Assembly: GCF_009914755.1 (NCBI RefSeq)
Contig: NC_060926.1
Source of the DNA: the human T2T-CHM13v2.0 reference genome, Homo sapiens
Strand: one strand, 5' to 3'
Length of the DNA: 64,000 nt
Part shown: piece after piece, positions 26,041-39,500 of the stretch
How positions within the stretch are numbered: the first letter of the stretch is position 1
Layout of the letters: every line of letters begins with the position of its first letter
Made by a program: the position numbers and the translations under genes
The notes under the pieces: model-generated
Seen by the model: only the letters and a program-made list of their open reading frames with translations
What the model was told of the DNA's origin: nothing
Databases searched by the model: none

Positions 26041-29000
26041 TTGAGATTTTAATTTTACAAAGGAGGCAATATCAACATAAGAATCTATGCTTATTGGCAC
26101 ACTATTAACTTAAAGTTTGTGCCCAAAGAAAACTGCCCTGAACTCACTAAATTGAAATAACCAATATTGTGACAAGATCTCCATTCAAGGTCTCTATAGT
26201 TTCAATTTTTTAGCAACCACTGTCTGTACAAAGCATGGTGGACCTGAACCATTTAACTCACACATGGTTTGGTGGAGAAAATAAAAACAGCGGAAGAGAC
26301 CTGGAAAATCCTGTCCCTCATTATGGAATTAGATACACAACTGAATGGTCATCAATCCACATTAAAATACCTTAAGGAGCATTATCATAAGGAGTTTGGT
26401 GAAGATTAGCTTGGATATCTGTAATAATCAAAATCAGGGAAGATTTGCTTTCACTAGTGTGAAAATTGGAGTTAAATGTCATTATGTTGTCTTTATGTCC
26501 TCAGCACAATCTGCTAGTCATCAGCAAAAGACAGGTGGAGAACAATTTCCCCTTTAGGGAATGTTTCTACTTAAGTTTTTAGAGCCTCAGATATATTTAA
26601 ATCTTAAGCATGAACGTAAGTTACACATTTTTTATTATCTTGTATTTTTACCTTGGGAAAGAAAAAAAAAGTCTATACCTAATTGAGCACATAAATTTGC
26701 AGATCTTGTGCTCCATATTTCAGAGAGCAGAAGCAGAATGGCCAAATGAAATCCAGTCCTCAGTGATTAGTTAGAATTAGTCACATAATGTGTTCTATTG
26801 CCCAATATTGACACAGAATCAGACTTAAAAAACTAAAAGACAAAAACCTAACATATGTAGTTGAGAAGATAGGTGAAAATCTAAGGTGAACTCTAATAAA
26901 ATGTCTATTATAGTTTGGATGAGTTTCCAGAAGAGAGTTTAGCTATGCTGCACTCAGTTGCCTAAACCAGCTAACTTCTTCAGTATGCATCTGAATCTAC
27001 AATTGACATGAGTTGGGAAATAGGGGAGTAAGCAGTAACTGATAATGACCTAAGGGGACTAGAATGAGGTTCTTCTTATTTTAAAGTAAGATAGCTCCAA
27101 AATGCAGCAAGTAATTAAACCTAAGAAATTAGTCATGACTCAGAGCCTTTGAATCACAATCTAGTAACTGAATAAGACATCCTAACCAGAAGACACAGAG
27201 CAGTTGTCTAGAGCTGAGGAGACTAGAAGGGAAGCAAGCAGGTGTCAGCAAAACAAAATGCACACCTTCAGCAGGAATCATGTACCCAACAGTAAATGAT
27301 TAATCTTCAGAAACTTGGAAGGAGTTAATTTTAGAAGACCAAGGCTGTGAGATGACTGGTAAGTTGGGCCCTACATCAAGGGCATATTTTTTATTTATTC
27401 CCTAAATAAGGTATTTTTCCCTAAATAAGGATGAGGTTCATGAAAAGAAGTAAGAAAACACTGGTTTTATTTTCCAGTGAGAGTAAATTCATTGGAGAAT
27501 AGAAATTAAATGCCTTAGTTCCATGAGAAGATAGTTTCGTGACAACAGCAGAATATTTGAGGGAATTTTAGGTTGCACACATAACCTGCCCTGTCCTGTA
27601 CCAGATGAGTACAGTTTTACTTTGTTCTCTTTAAGTATTACCTCATCACTCCAGCAGCACTATCTCACCCGCATCTGCCAATGAGTTCTCATGGTCCTCT
27701 ATACAGAGGACAAGATGCAGTCACATCACTTCATCTCCTACCAGGGAATGGGCTGACTAGGAGAGAAGAAAAACACACATAGTAGCCCTATTCTACTACA
27801 TTTCTGCCAGTTTTCATTTGCTATCCAAAGTATACTTATTTGATGATTCCTATAAATAGCAATGATCTAAGTTGCTGACATGTCTATCACTGTAACCCGA
27901 TTCTATAGTTCCTGTTCACCTTCATCTCTCCTTAGTGGTAATTATTATGATAAATTATTAGTATTGTTATTATTATCCTCACTAGGCAGTTCCATCTTTT
28001 CTTCTTCTCTTTGGTTATTGAATCATTACTGGTCAGATTCCTGGCTTTATATTTTACTCATGTCATATTCATTCATACATTCATTCATTCATTAAAGACA
28101 CTTTTGGGCTTTTGTGTGGCATGACCCATGCAACATATTTTTTAAAAATGCAAATATTAATCAGAAATAAAACTACATGATGTGAAACAAAAATATTTAA
28201 TATTAGATCAAAATATATAGATAGAATCAATAGCAGCTTATATGTCATCACTTCACTACTCAATAGAAGAAACAAGGAAATATCTATAAAAACAAATAAA
28301 ATTATTAGAAACTAAAATGATTGATAGGATTTGGAAATACAGGAATGGAATATAGAAATAATTTTGCTGGTAGAATAATTAGAAGGAAATATTGCAGGTT
28401 CTATGGAAGAAGAAGTTAGTGGCTCACTTCTTCTTCCATGGGGAAATAATGTTGGAAGGATTTTTAAAGGCTTAGCTAAGACAGAAGTCTTTCAGGCCAA
28501 TAAGCACTATTGTTTGTATGAGTTTCATAAATATTTCTTATACTGAAAGCAGGTTTCATAATCGTGTCTGAGCATCCAGTATACACCAAGGTTTCTGATA
28601 TACTCAAGCCTGCAGTGAAGATGAGGCAGCTATTGGATTTTGTTTTGTTTTTGTTGTTCAGTTTCTTAATACAGAGCAAGTATTGAGAACATTGATTGAA
28701 ATGTTTATGTCTATTTTTATTGTTAGCTGTTTGAATTATTTTTCTTTGCCAATCAAATACATAAATGGGACTAAGGAGTAGAAAGATATTCTTTTTTATT
28801 TTTCTCTTAAGAAGATAATAATGACATCTTTAGGAATAATACATTTTAAACAGAAATAGTTAATGAGAAATAAATTATGCTTTCCACATGTCATATTTAG
28901 AAGTGATCTACCAGCTTCCAAGAATGTCAGATAATTCTTCGTGTTTGAAATACCAATTTTGTAGTCGCAGCTGGAAAAAAATAACTCCATATATATCACT

Positions 29001-30126
29001 TGCATGTGCTAATATCACTGTCTAATAATTCTACATGACACTTATAAAAAGCCACTTGCATCCGGCAAACATGCAGAAGTCTCATGACTGTCAGCAACAT
29101 TCTGGATTCATCTATGACAGTTTGCCATGGAGTTTGGAAATATATTTAATAAAAAGTCCATGATAAAAACTGAAGAGAAAAAGATAAAATCAAAGGAAAA
29201 TGTGGAAAATCATACATCTAGCAAGATACATAACTGCCAGAACAAATAAACTGGCAGATCAAATAAAACGGGCAATTTAAAGTCCACTGTCAACAGAAAA
29301 AAAAATCATGCACGTATGTACTTTTCAGCAATAGTTTTTTTTAAAATTAGAATTGCTAAGAGTATTTCTGAGAAGAGTCTATTCTGACATTGCTCAATTG
29401 CTGTATAGTAGCAATTGGATTATAAAAATTGATTTTTGCTTCTTATCATTTAAAAAATTGTGTTCCTTATTATTTGTAAGACATCAAGAATATTGGAAGA
29501 AGAGGAGGAACTCATTTCCTGTGGCTTCATATTTCCTTGTGACTAGACGCATTACAATCACTTCTCCCTATCTTTCTCACTCTACTCCTTCCCATGGCAG
29601 GAGACATGAGTCATCTGTTCGGTGAGTTGAGAAGAGAAATTGAGCTTTGTTGCTCAGCAACAACTTATTTTCTCCAATTTTTTGCATCCTGCTGCTCATG
29701 AGAAGGGGTATTTTCCAATTTAATATGGGCAAAAATAGGTTTAATTTAGGCAGTGTTAATATGCTCTTTGATGAGACTTAAGTCACACTCTTCAGTGTAG
29801 CCTTAACAAGTGGCACAGGTAAAACTGTTATATCAAAATACCTGCCTCCTGCCTCTTGAATTTCTGTCAGTCATTTCTGAACACAAACAGAGTAGAAGGA
29901 AAGTAATGTGTTGATCCTTTGAACTCAAAGAGAATGCACTGAAGCATGGCAAGTTGTCCTTATAACACTATGTATTTGGACTGCTACACAAAGAAGAAGA
30001 AAAAATCAATGATAAGGCCCCTTTGTACCCTAAAAATTAAACTATTGTGCTGCTAACTTTAAGAGGACAAATGTGACTGAGTTCTGCAAATATTTTTAAA
30101 CTAATGTAATATTTAATTTAAATACC

Positions 30127-31478
30127 CTCAGAAATAACACCACACATCTACAAGCATCAAATCTTTGACAAACTGACAAAAACAAACAATGAGGAAGGAA
30201 TTCCCTATTTAATAAATGGTGTTGGGAAAGCTGGCTAGCCATATGCAGAAAACTGAAACTGGACCCCTTCCTTATACCTTTTGAAAAATTAACTCAAGAT
30301 GGATTAAAGACCTAAACATAAGGCCTAAAACCATAAATACCCTAGAAGAAAACCTAGACAATACCATTCAGGACATAGGTATGGGCAAAAACTTCATGAT
30401 TAAAACACTAAAAGCAATGGTAACAAAAGCCAAAATTGACAAATGGGATCTAATTAAACTAAAGAGCTTCTGTGCAGCAAAAGAAACTATCATCAGAGTG
30501 AACAGGCAACCTACAGAATGGGAGAAAATTTTTGCAATCTATCCATCTGACAAAAGGCTAATACCGAGAATCTACAAGGAACTTAAACTAATTTACCAGA
30601 AAAATAGAAACAACCTCATCAAAAAGTGGGTGAAGGATATGAACAGACACTTCACAAAAGAAGACATTTATGCAGCCAACAAACGTATGAATAAAAGCTC
30701 ATCATCACTGGTCATTAGAAAAATGCAAATCAAAACCACAGTGAGATACCATCTCACGCCAGTTAGAATGGCGATCATTAAAAAGTCAGGAAACAAGAGA
30801 TCCTGGAGAGGCTGTGGAGAAATAGCAACGGTTTTACACTGTTGGTGGGAGTGTAAATTAGTTCAACCATTGTGGAAGACAGAGTGGCAATTCCTCAAGG
30901 ATCTAGGACCAGAAATACCATTTAACCCAGCAATCCCATTACTGGATATATATCCAAAGGATTATTAATCATTCTACTATAATAAAAAGGCATGCACACA
31001 TATGTTTATTGCAGCACTATTCACAATAGCAAAGACTTGGAACCAACCCAAATATCCATCAATGATAGACTGGATAAAGAAAATGTGGCACATATACACC
31101 ATGGAATACTATGCAGCCATAAAAAAGGATGAGTTCATGTTCTTTGCATGGACCTGGATGAAGCTGGAAACCATCATTCTTAGCAAACTAACACAGGAAC
31201 AGAAAACTAAACACTGCATGTTCTCACTCATAAGTGTGAGTTGAACAATGAAAACACATGGACACAGGGAGGGGAACTTCACACACTGGGGCCTGTCGGG
31301 GGGTGGGGGGCTAGGGGAGGGATAGCATTAGGAGAAATACCTAATGTAGATGATGAGTTGATAGGTGCAGCAAACCACCATGGCACATCTATACCCATGT
31401 AACAAACCTGCACGTTCTGCACATGTATCCCAGAACTTAAAGTATAATAATAATAAAAATAAATAAGTAAATAAATAA
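30127..31478 (+). mobile_element. L1PA7-like 5'-truncated LINE-1 (ORF2 C-terminus, 3'UTR and tail)
   Basis: ORFs 30381-30968 and 31002-31244 are the ORF2p C-terminus ([39 protein letters not shown]). 3'UTR ggggctaggggagggatagcattaggagaaatacc. Short TSD aatacc. Confidence 0.96.
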
Positions 31479-32384
31479 TACCATATGTTGACCTATGCCC
31501 TTTCTATATTATAGTATGATAAGGCAAATCCTACCTTTGTCAATCTCCCTTTTAAAGTCATTGACTATATCCCTCACATTTCTCCTGATTGCTCTTGGGT
31601 CTTATGTGAGGGCAACAGTTTCACTGTAAAGAAATCAAGAGAAAAGAAAGCAAGGTGAGGTAACATAAATAGATGGAATTATTTATTAGTTCGTGGGGTT
31701 GCCTGGATAAATTGCAATTCTACTTTGCTGTCATCAGACCAATCCCAGTACAGTCTGAAACTGAGGGAGAGTTAAGGAAAAAGGAGAGGGATGGAGTCAG
31801 ATATAATATGTTTACAAATCCATAAGAATTCTTATTCCCCTGCCTCATTTTATTCATGCCATATGACCACATAAGAGTTCTTTTAGTGTTTTTCTGGATA
31901 AAGTCCTGATGGTTTTATTATTATAAAATTGTACTTTCATGAATATACCCCTTGAGGGAGCATAAAAGAAAGGAATGCTTAATGAAACTTATTCTTTATA
32001 TTTGCTTTTTTTGCCTGCTTAATTTTACTAGAAAACCCACCATCTGAATATAGGTGGTTAATATAATTATAATACTGTTCTTTTTTTTTGATCACAGTTT
32101 ATTGAGTTAACATTTTAGAAATATGGTTATCAGAAATTTGTATTTGCCACCAGGGCTGGACAACAAGTACTACATCAGAACATTTTCCTGTATATTTTAT
32201 CTTTAAAAATAAAGCCTGTGATCTCAAATTATAATATTTCATTTCACTGGTGATTCAAAAGGTGCTTTACATCAAATGAAACTTCTGTTTTGCAGTTGGG
32301 TCTTATTTCACATAAACATCCTTGTATTTTTATGTAAAATTGCACTTGTGTAGTTATATATATAAACTAATTGTACATCAACAA

Positions 32385-34683
32385 AAAAAGACGTCTGAAA
32401 ACTTACTCCTCCATAAAAGAAACCAAAAGAATTGCAAAAATCATTAGAATCATTTTTTTCCGAACTCTAAAAATTAACCAAAGGCTTCCAGCAACCCATT
32501 TCAAGAAGCCTCTTTTTCAAATAAAACAGCTAAATGTCAACAGTAAGCTTTATGGTAGTTTAGCTAGCCTTAGTCTTAGTAATATTTTCAACTTCCTAGC
32601 TCAGTGGTAGCCTTAAACTTAACAATTTGGGCGAAAGAGAATGAAGCTCAAGTTTTTTTGAAGTCTCATTCCCAAAGAATTGTCATTATTTGACCTGTCA
32701 AGTGGGACACGCTGGGAGACTCCGCTGAAAAGGCTTGTCTGTATTGGCCTGGTTCATAGCACACTCAGTGCTAACAGTCTTTTCCTAGGATGCATTTCTT
32801 TAAAATATTTACAGCAAGTGTTTTAACGTAGTCGTTACCTGAGAAAATGTGTATCAGATGCAGCAAACAATATACTAAACAAAAAATAGAAAAAGCTGAG
32901 GAAAAAGATTCTCCTGTGAGAATCATAAGAGCTTTAACATATTCTAAGGACTATAGAAAACCGTGTACATATGTAGAATTGTTTGTGTACATGTTCAAAA
33001 CAGACATAAGAATTTCCTAAGTTGTTAACCATGGCTTATCTTGAAGCTTTATACCAGGTAAAAATGAAGGACAACACAGATATAGAGAGAAAGCCCTTTG
33101 TAATGCTGGGAGATTTCTTGCTTTCAGGCATTTAAGAAGATCTCTAATCATTTACTAAAAACTAAATAATTGAGTAAGACTCACAGGTAAAAAAAAATGA
33201 AGACTGCAGACTTTGCCAAATTAGTTAAGAAATGTCACTAAACAAAGAAAGAGTATAACATAAACAATAGCAACAATAAGCACTGGGAAGGAGAAGAATC
33301 TGATTTGCTACAGAGTTACACTTCATTATTTATAATGCCCTATATTCAACCACAACTACAAAAAATACAGTTCATACAAATCAAGAAAAAAGTGTGGTCC
33401 ATACATTGATATAAAAGCAATCAAAAGAATTTATCACTGAAGAAGTCCAGATCTTATACTTATTAGATGAGGACTTCAAATCAGAAATTTGAAATATTTA
33501 TCAAAGAGCTAAAGAAAAACATGACTGAAGAATTGAAGGAAAGTATGAAAACTTCATTTCATCAAATAGACAACATCAGTATAGAAATGGAAATTACAAA
33601 ATAGAACCAAGTAGAAATTCTAGAGTTGAGAAGTATAATAACCAAAATAAAACTGCTTTCCTGTGACTCAAGAGCAGATCTATGCAAACAGAAGAAAAAA
33701 ATAATCAATCTTAATACTAGGTTTATTGAGGAACAGAAAAAAAATTTAAGGTTAGAAAAATCTCAGAGACTGGGAAGTACCAAGATAGTTACTAACATAG
33801 GTGTAAATAAAGTCCTAGAAGTAGAGGCTAAAGAAAAGGTGGAAGACAGAGTATTTGAAAAAGAGTGGCTGAAAGACTGACAATTTTTTGGTCAATAAAA
33901 ATCCTTAATTTATACTTCCAAGAAACTTAATAGCCTCCAAGCAGGATAAACTCAAATAGACCCACTCTGAGATACATTATAACCAAAATGTCAGAAGCAA
34001 ATACAAAGAAAGGATCCTCAGAGAAGGAATAGAGTAATGACTTGTCATGTACAAGGGAGTCACAATAAGATTAACATCCAATTTCTCATAAGAAACTACG
34101 GAGTCCAGAAGGCAATGAAATGCCATATACAATGTGTTAAAATAAATAATCAATCATTAATTCTATGTCTGACACAACTATTCTACAAAAATAAAGGATA
34201 AATTAAGACCTAACCATGTGACACATAAAACTCTTAACACACCTGTCCTACAAGTAATACCAAAGGATAAAGTCAAAGTAAAGACTAACTCAATACTACA
34301 TGAAGAGGTAAAGCACACCACTAAATATAACTACATAGTTAAAGGACCATGTAAGTGTATTTTTTGCTTGTATTTTTTTCCGATTTTAAACACAAAAAAC
34401 ATGACATAATTGAAAATTTAACTTAATAAGCACACAATGGATAAACATGTAATTTATGACATTAAAAACTTAAAAGAGAGATGAGTTCTGCAGGAGAAAA
34501 CCTATGTGTACTATTTAATTAAACTTGTTCTTATCCAAACTAGACTGTTATAAAATAATAAATAATGGTAATCTCCAGGAAAATCACTAAGAAAATACAT
34601 CCAAAAATATAGTAAAAGAAAGGAAAACATAATTGAAAAAGTTATACTAAAAATATTTAACCAAAAAGAATAATAGTGAAATT
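32385..34683 (+). mobile_element. Old L1M 5'UTR, ORF1 and inter-ORF region
   Basis: ctgaaaacttactcctccataaaag...aaattaaccaaaggctt is an L1M 5' end. ORF1-like stretch at 33400-34270 (gaaattctagagttgagaagtataataac, ccaagcaggataaactcaa). Confidence 0.75.
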
Positions 34684-34988
34684 GGCCGGGCGCAGTGGCT
34701 CACGCCTGTAATTCCAGCACTTTGGGAGGCCAAGATGGGCTGGTCACGAGGTCAGGAGATCAAGACCATCCTGGCTAACACGGTGAAACCCCGTCTCTAC
34801 TAAAAATACAAAAACAGAATTAGCCGGCACAGTGACGGGCGCCTGTAGTCCCAGCTACTTGGGAGGCTGAGGCAGGAGAATGGCGTGAACCCGGGAGGCG
34901 GAGTTTGCAGTGAGCCAAGATCGCGCGCCACTGCACTCCAGCCTGTACGACGGGCCGAGACTCTGTCTCAACAAAAAAAAAAAAAAAA
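34684..34988 (+). mobile_element. AluY
   Basis: Diagnostics accatcctggctaacacgg and agaatggcgtgaacccgggaggcgg, with many intact CpGs. TSD aagaataatagtgaaatt / aagaataatagtgagatt. Confidence 0.96.
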
Positions 34989-35019
34989 GAATAATAGTGA
35001 GATTAAGGGAAAGAAATAA

Positions 35020-36435
35020 CTCCACAAACTCTTTTACAAAAGGAGGAAGTGAGACCACTTTTCAAGCTCATTCTATGAGGCTGGTATTACCCCAATACCA
35101 AAGCCAGACAAAGACATCATAAGAAAAATAAAAAACTGCATATTAATATCGCCTATGAATGTTCACACCAAAATTCTCAATAAAATACCAGCAAACCAAA
35201 ATCGTCAGCAAATTAACAAGACATATACCCCATGATCTAGTGGGTTTTCTCCCATGCATTCAGGTCAATATAGGAAAATCAGTGTAACATTTATATCATA
35301 TATTACATTAGCTGAATAAAGGGAGAAAAGAATCCAAATGATCATCTCGAAAAATCATTTTACAAATTCAGCATTCTTTATGATAAAAATATTCAACAAA
35401 CAGAAATAGAGGGGAACTTTCTCAACCTATAGTAATAATTGGTAACTATGAAATCCCACAGAAAACATCATACATAATGGTGAAAAATGTAAAACTTTCT
35501 ATTGAAATAAACAGTAAGAAAGACAAGGCTCTCCACTCTTGCCACTTTTCTTCGAAAAGCACTAGGGTTTAGAGCTGAGATAATTAAGCAAGAACATTAC
35601 AAAAAAGCCATCCGTGTTGAAAACAAAAAAGTATAACTATCTCCATTTACAGAGGACATTACATGTAGAAAACTCTAAGAATCAACTAATAAAAGGATTA
35701 TTTAGGCAAATAAAGAAACTCAGCAAGATTGTGGCATATAAGATCAATGCCACTTCAAATCTTTTAGGATAATAATAATAAAAATAACAGAAAAAATAAC
35801 AGTATGGTGAAGATGTATGAACGATCCCCATACATTGCTGATGGGGATGTCAAATAGTGAAGCTTTTGCTGAAAATAGTTGGGTAGTTACTCAAAAAGTT
35901 AAACATAGGGTTACAATAGGACTCAGATATTCCACACCTTGGTACATACTCCAAAATTGAAAACATGTATTCAAACAAAAACTCTTATAAGAATGTTTAT
36001 AGCAGCATTATTCATAAAAGACAAAAAGTACAAACAACCCTAATGGCCAGCAACAGATGAACAGATGAATACAATGATATATATCCATACAGTGAACCGT
36101 TCGTTATTCAGCCAAACACAGGCATGAAGTACTGGTACATGCTATAATGTAGATAACCTGAAAAAAGATCACAATAAATAAGAGAGACAACAGAAGGATC
36201 TGTATCGTATGACTCCATTAATTTGAAATATCCAGAATAGGTAAATTCATAGAATCAGAAAGAGGAGTGACTGCCACAATCTGGAGACTGAGAGCTAGGT
36301 AAAGTGTGGGGGTTTCTTTTGCTGTGATAAAATTTTCTGAAATTGAGATAGTAAACTAACGAATATACTAAAAAACAATTTTACACTTTAGTGGGGTGAA
36401 TTGTATCATATATGTGTTATTTCTCTGTAAAAATT
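35020..36435 (+). mobile_element. L1M ORF2 fragment joined to an L1MB-type 3' end
   Basis: ctcattctatgaggctggtattacc..ataccaaagccagacaaagac is ORF2. From ~35750, aaaaagttaaacatag...gtttatagcagcattattcata...ggtgaattgtat is the L1MB 3' region. Confidence 0.8.
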
Positions 36436-36554
36436 AATGCTGGTATGACAGTTCAATCCCATGAAATAGCATCTCCTTTAAATTTCACTGTATTTCTAGC
36501 AGCCAGGTCATGTAGAAGAAAGGCCATAGGCTTCATAGCTGTCCAGAATGGTAA

Positions 36555-36740
36555 TAAACCAAACCTTCATTCTCTGGGAGCTCTATGCCTTAGGGCAATT
36601 ACCTAATCATTTTGATCTTGGATTTTCTTACGTGTAAAATGGTGATAGTTACACTTACCTTAACATGTTTTGGTGAGAATTAAATGAGGCAGTGCAGGTA
36701 AAGAGCCAGGCCAAGTTAGCTGCGCAGTAAGCATAATTTT
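36555..36740 (+). mobile_element. MIR
   Basis: gggcaattacctaa...tgtaaaatggtgatagt...gtgagaattaaatgag core. Confidence 0.75.
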
Positions 36741-37911
36741 ATTTTCTGTATTCATATTGTTGCTTCTTTTTCTCCTTCCCCTTATGTTTAATGCAATTTA
36801 ATTGCATCCTGTTCCTCCAGATGTTACTTACATAGGAATAGTGTAATAAATTCATTTTTCTTTTTTATACTACGTGTAATTGTATTTTTGCCCTCCTTTA
36901 TCTTTATTCCAATTTCCCTCTGAGAAAACAGACAACCACGTTTGCTCAGTGTTCTTGCCCCTCTGTGGTGTGTGGCTTTCTGACCTCATTTAAAAGGAAA
37001 CACGCAAAAGTCATTTAGAAAAAGGAAACTCTCCTAAAGTTTCTGGTTATACAATATTTAGGGACTAGATTGGATTTTTGTTACAAATAAATATCTCTTT
37101 GGAAAGAGTGGCCAACAATAAAATTCAGATGAAGTTCACAATTTGCATGCCATTAGTATTCTCGTAAAGAATATCAAGTTCTGCCTCATTTCCAGAAAAT
37201 TTCAAATTTGAACAGTGGAAAAGTAAAGCATGAGGGTAGGGGAGAGCTTTCAATCAGAAAATTTTAAATGTGGGGGGAAATAGTACAAACATAATTTTTC
37301 AATGTTAAATGATATTTGTGCCAAACATAATGCTTCATCAAATCGAATTTTTAAATATCTTATATACAAAATAAATACCCTGGGTTACAAGTAGACAACT
37401 CTGGGTTACAAGTAGATAGACCCCCATCTCCCAGTTCGGATAATCCTCTCATCAGTGACCTCCACAGGAATTTCATAAAATAACTTTTGAAAACCGTTTG
37501 TTGAATGAGAAAAATTAAAAAAGAAACAACTACCTACTTGGAGCCACTCTATGATTTAAATCTGACTGACATTTTTGTTCAATTCTATATGTATCTCAAG
37601 GTCAGAGACAGTCAAATATATACAGGCTACATTAGTATCATTCTAGTGTCTCTCTGTATTGCCAAGTAGTCATTTGGACTATTTAAGAAGAAGAACAAAT
37701 AGAAAATACACTTGAACAGTTTGTCTGTAATTCATGATAAGATGTGCTAATTACTATTGAGCAGCAAGAAAAATTAGAATCTTCACAGTAAGGTCTTCTG
37801 GTAATGTATGATTAACTCTTTGTGGATTTCAAAGTTACCGTATTTAAGATTATTTAAAGTTTGTCTTCTTTACTTTTGAATCTAATCTGTACTGAACTCA
37901 TAAGTGACAAC

Positions 37912-38015
37912 TATATATATATGCACACACACATTTTATAGTATGTATAAAGTATGTATATAGAGATTATATACTCGTAATATGTATACAGTATATTTTA
38001 TATATATATATATGT
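37912..38015. repeat. (TA)n-rich low-complexity tract
   Basis: Interrupted TA/CA dinucleotide runs. Confidence 0.8.
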
Positions 38016-39019
38016 ATGGTGCATCCTTTCACAATTTTTAGGGAGTTTTGGTCATTTTGTATATATGTGCAAAATTTTACTTTACAGAAAAACAACCACA
38101 AATCTCTAATTAATTTGCATAAAATTTGGATTAAGAAAAACGTATAGAATTTAATTTTGGGTCCCACAAAGGACATATGAGAAAACCTTGCAGCTATACG
38201 TGTCTCTGGTAAAGATGATTCCAAAATTGAGTCAGTGTACTCTTCTGCCTTCATTCAGCCAGTCTTCTAAACATAGCTGAGTCTCTTGTTTGTAATGTGA
38301 GATTGAAGAGGGTCTCAAGAATGACAAGCTGAGAATAATTACTCATTTCCCAGACTTCAACTAATGGAGAAAAACTATCTTGCATACGTGAACAAATTCT
38401 ATAAGATATCCTCTGCGCTAAAGAGTACCTCACTAACTTCTCCACAAGTATGAAAACAGCTTGTGTCTCCTCTCCAAATTAGGAAATGAAAGAGAGATAG
38501 ATTATCCAACATAGAAAGGAAATAATATTTCAGAGTTTCTTTTTTCAAGGGAAACAGGATTTGGTATCAAGAAGGAGGTAAATGCAACTATAGAGTGGAG
38601 GATAGATTAATGAAAACACATTGAAACACAAATGAGAGAATCTACTCACCCATGACACTCTGGCAACTCTTTGAAAGCTTATTTTATAAGGAACTCTAAC
38701 ACTATGTAGCTCTAAAATGGTGGTTGGAAACATTGCAAGACATGGTTCTATGCTTCTGAAATATGGAAAGAAACTAGACAGATAAGTCTTCGGCCCTTAT
38801 AGAACATTCAATGTATGAAAACACTGTATATTAAACAATACTAGATTCATCATTAATGACTCAAAATACAACATTCATTTACATTTGTCTTTCTTCACAC
38901 TTAATTTCTTCCCTCAGAAATTAATTTTCTTTTTTCTATGCTCTGAAAACTCTGATTTTGCATTCAAAAAAAGGAATGTTTTCCCCTAAATGAATCATGT
39001 CTAACCTGCTGTCTAGAAT

Positions 39020-39500
39020 CTCACATTTTTAGGTTGAAAATGATATTAAAGTGACATATAGTGACAGAACTCATAGAAGCAGAGAATGACTCAGGTAACC
39101 TATAACATTTTGTGCTAGTTCTAAATACATGATGGATGTTTTCCTAATATTAAACTGAAATTTGCCTTTCTTTAGAACAATGTTTCTCATTCTGCTATAT
39201 GAGGCTTCAATGAGAAATTTAAATACCTCTTCCACATATAGCATCTACACCTCCTACAACTTCATGTTCCCTTTACCAAGATAACTACCCCAATTTCTTT
39301 ACCTTTCCTTTAATATTGTGTAATTTAAGACACTTCTTTAGCCTCTTCACTATCCTGTAAGAAATCTATTAATAAAAGCTTTTCTTAAGTTTAACAACAG
39401 TAACTCAATTCAGTATCAGGGACGCTGTCTATAGATAAAGAATGACCAAATATATATAACTGATCTCTTCTAATATAAGTCAATATTCCAGTCATTTCCC
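39020..39500 (-). mobile_element. L3/CR1 fragment
   Basis: ttcctaatattaaactgaaat...cttccacat...ccccaatttctttacc...ttcttaag..agtaactcaattcagta resembles antisense CR1 ORF2. Confidence 0.5.

Noticed and set aside
26200-26620. Possible ancient retroviral pol remnant (RFAFT-like phrase)
   Set aside because: Only a five-residue resemblance. It cannot be supported without a profile search.
30381-31244. 195-aa and 80-aa ORFs as host genes
   Set aside because: They are the L1 ORF2p C-terminus in a 5'-truncated L1PA7-like copy with no promoter, EN or RT domain.
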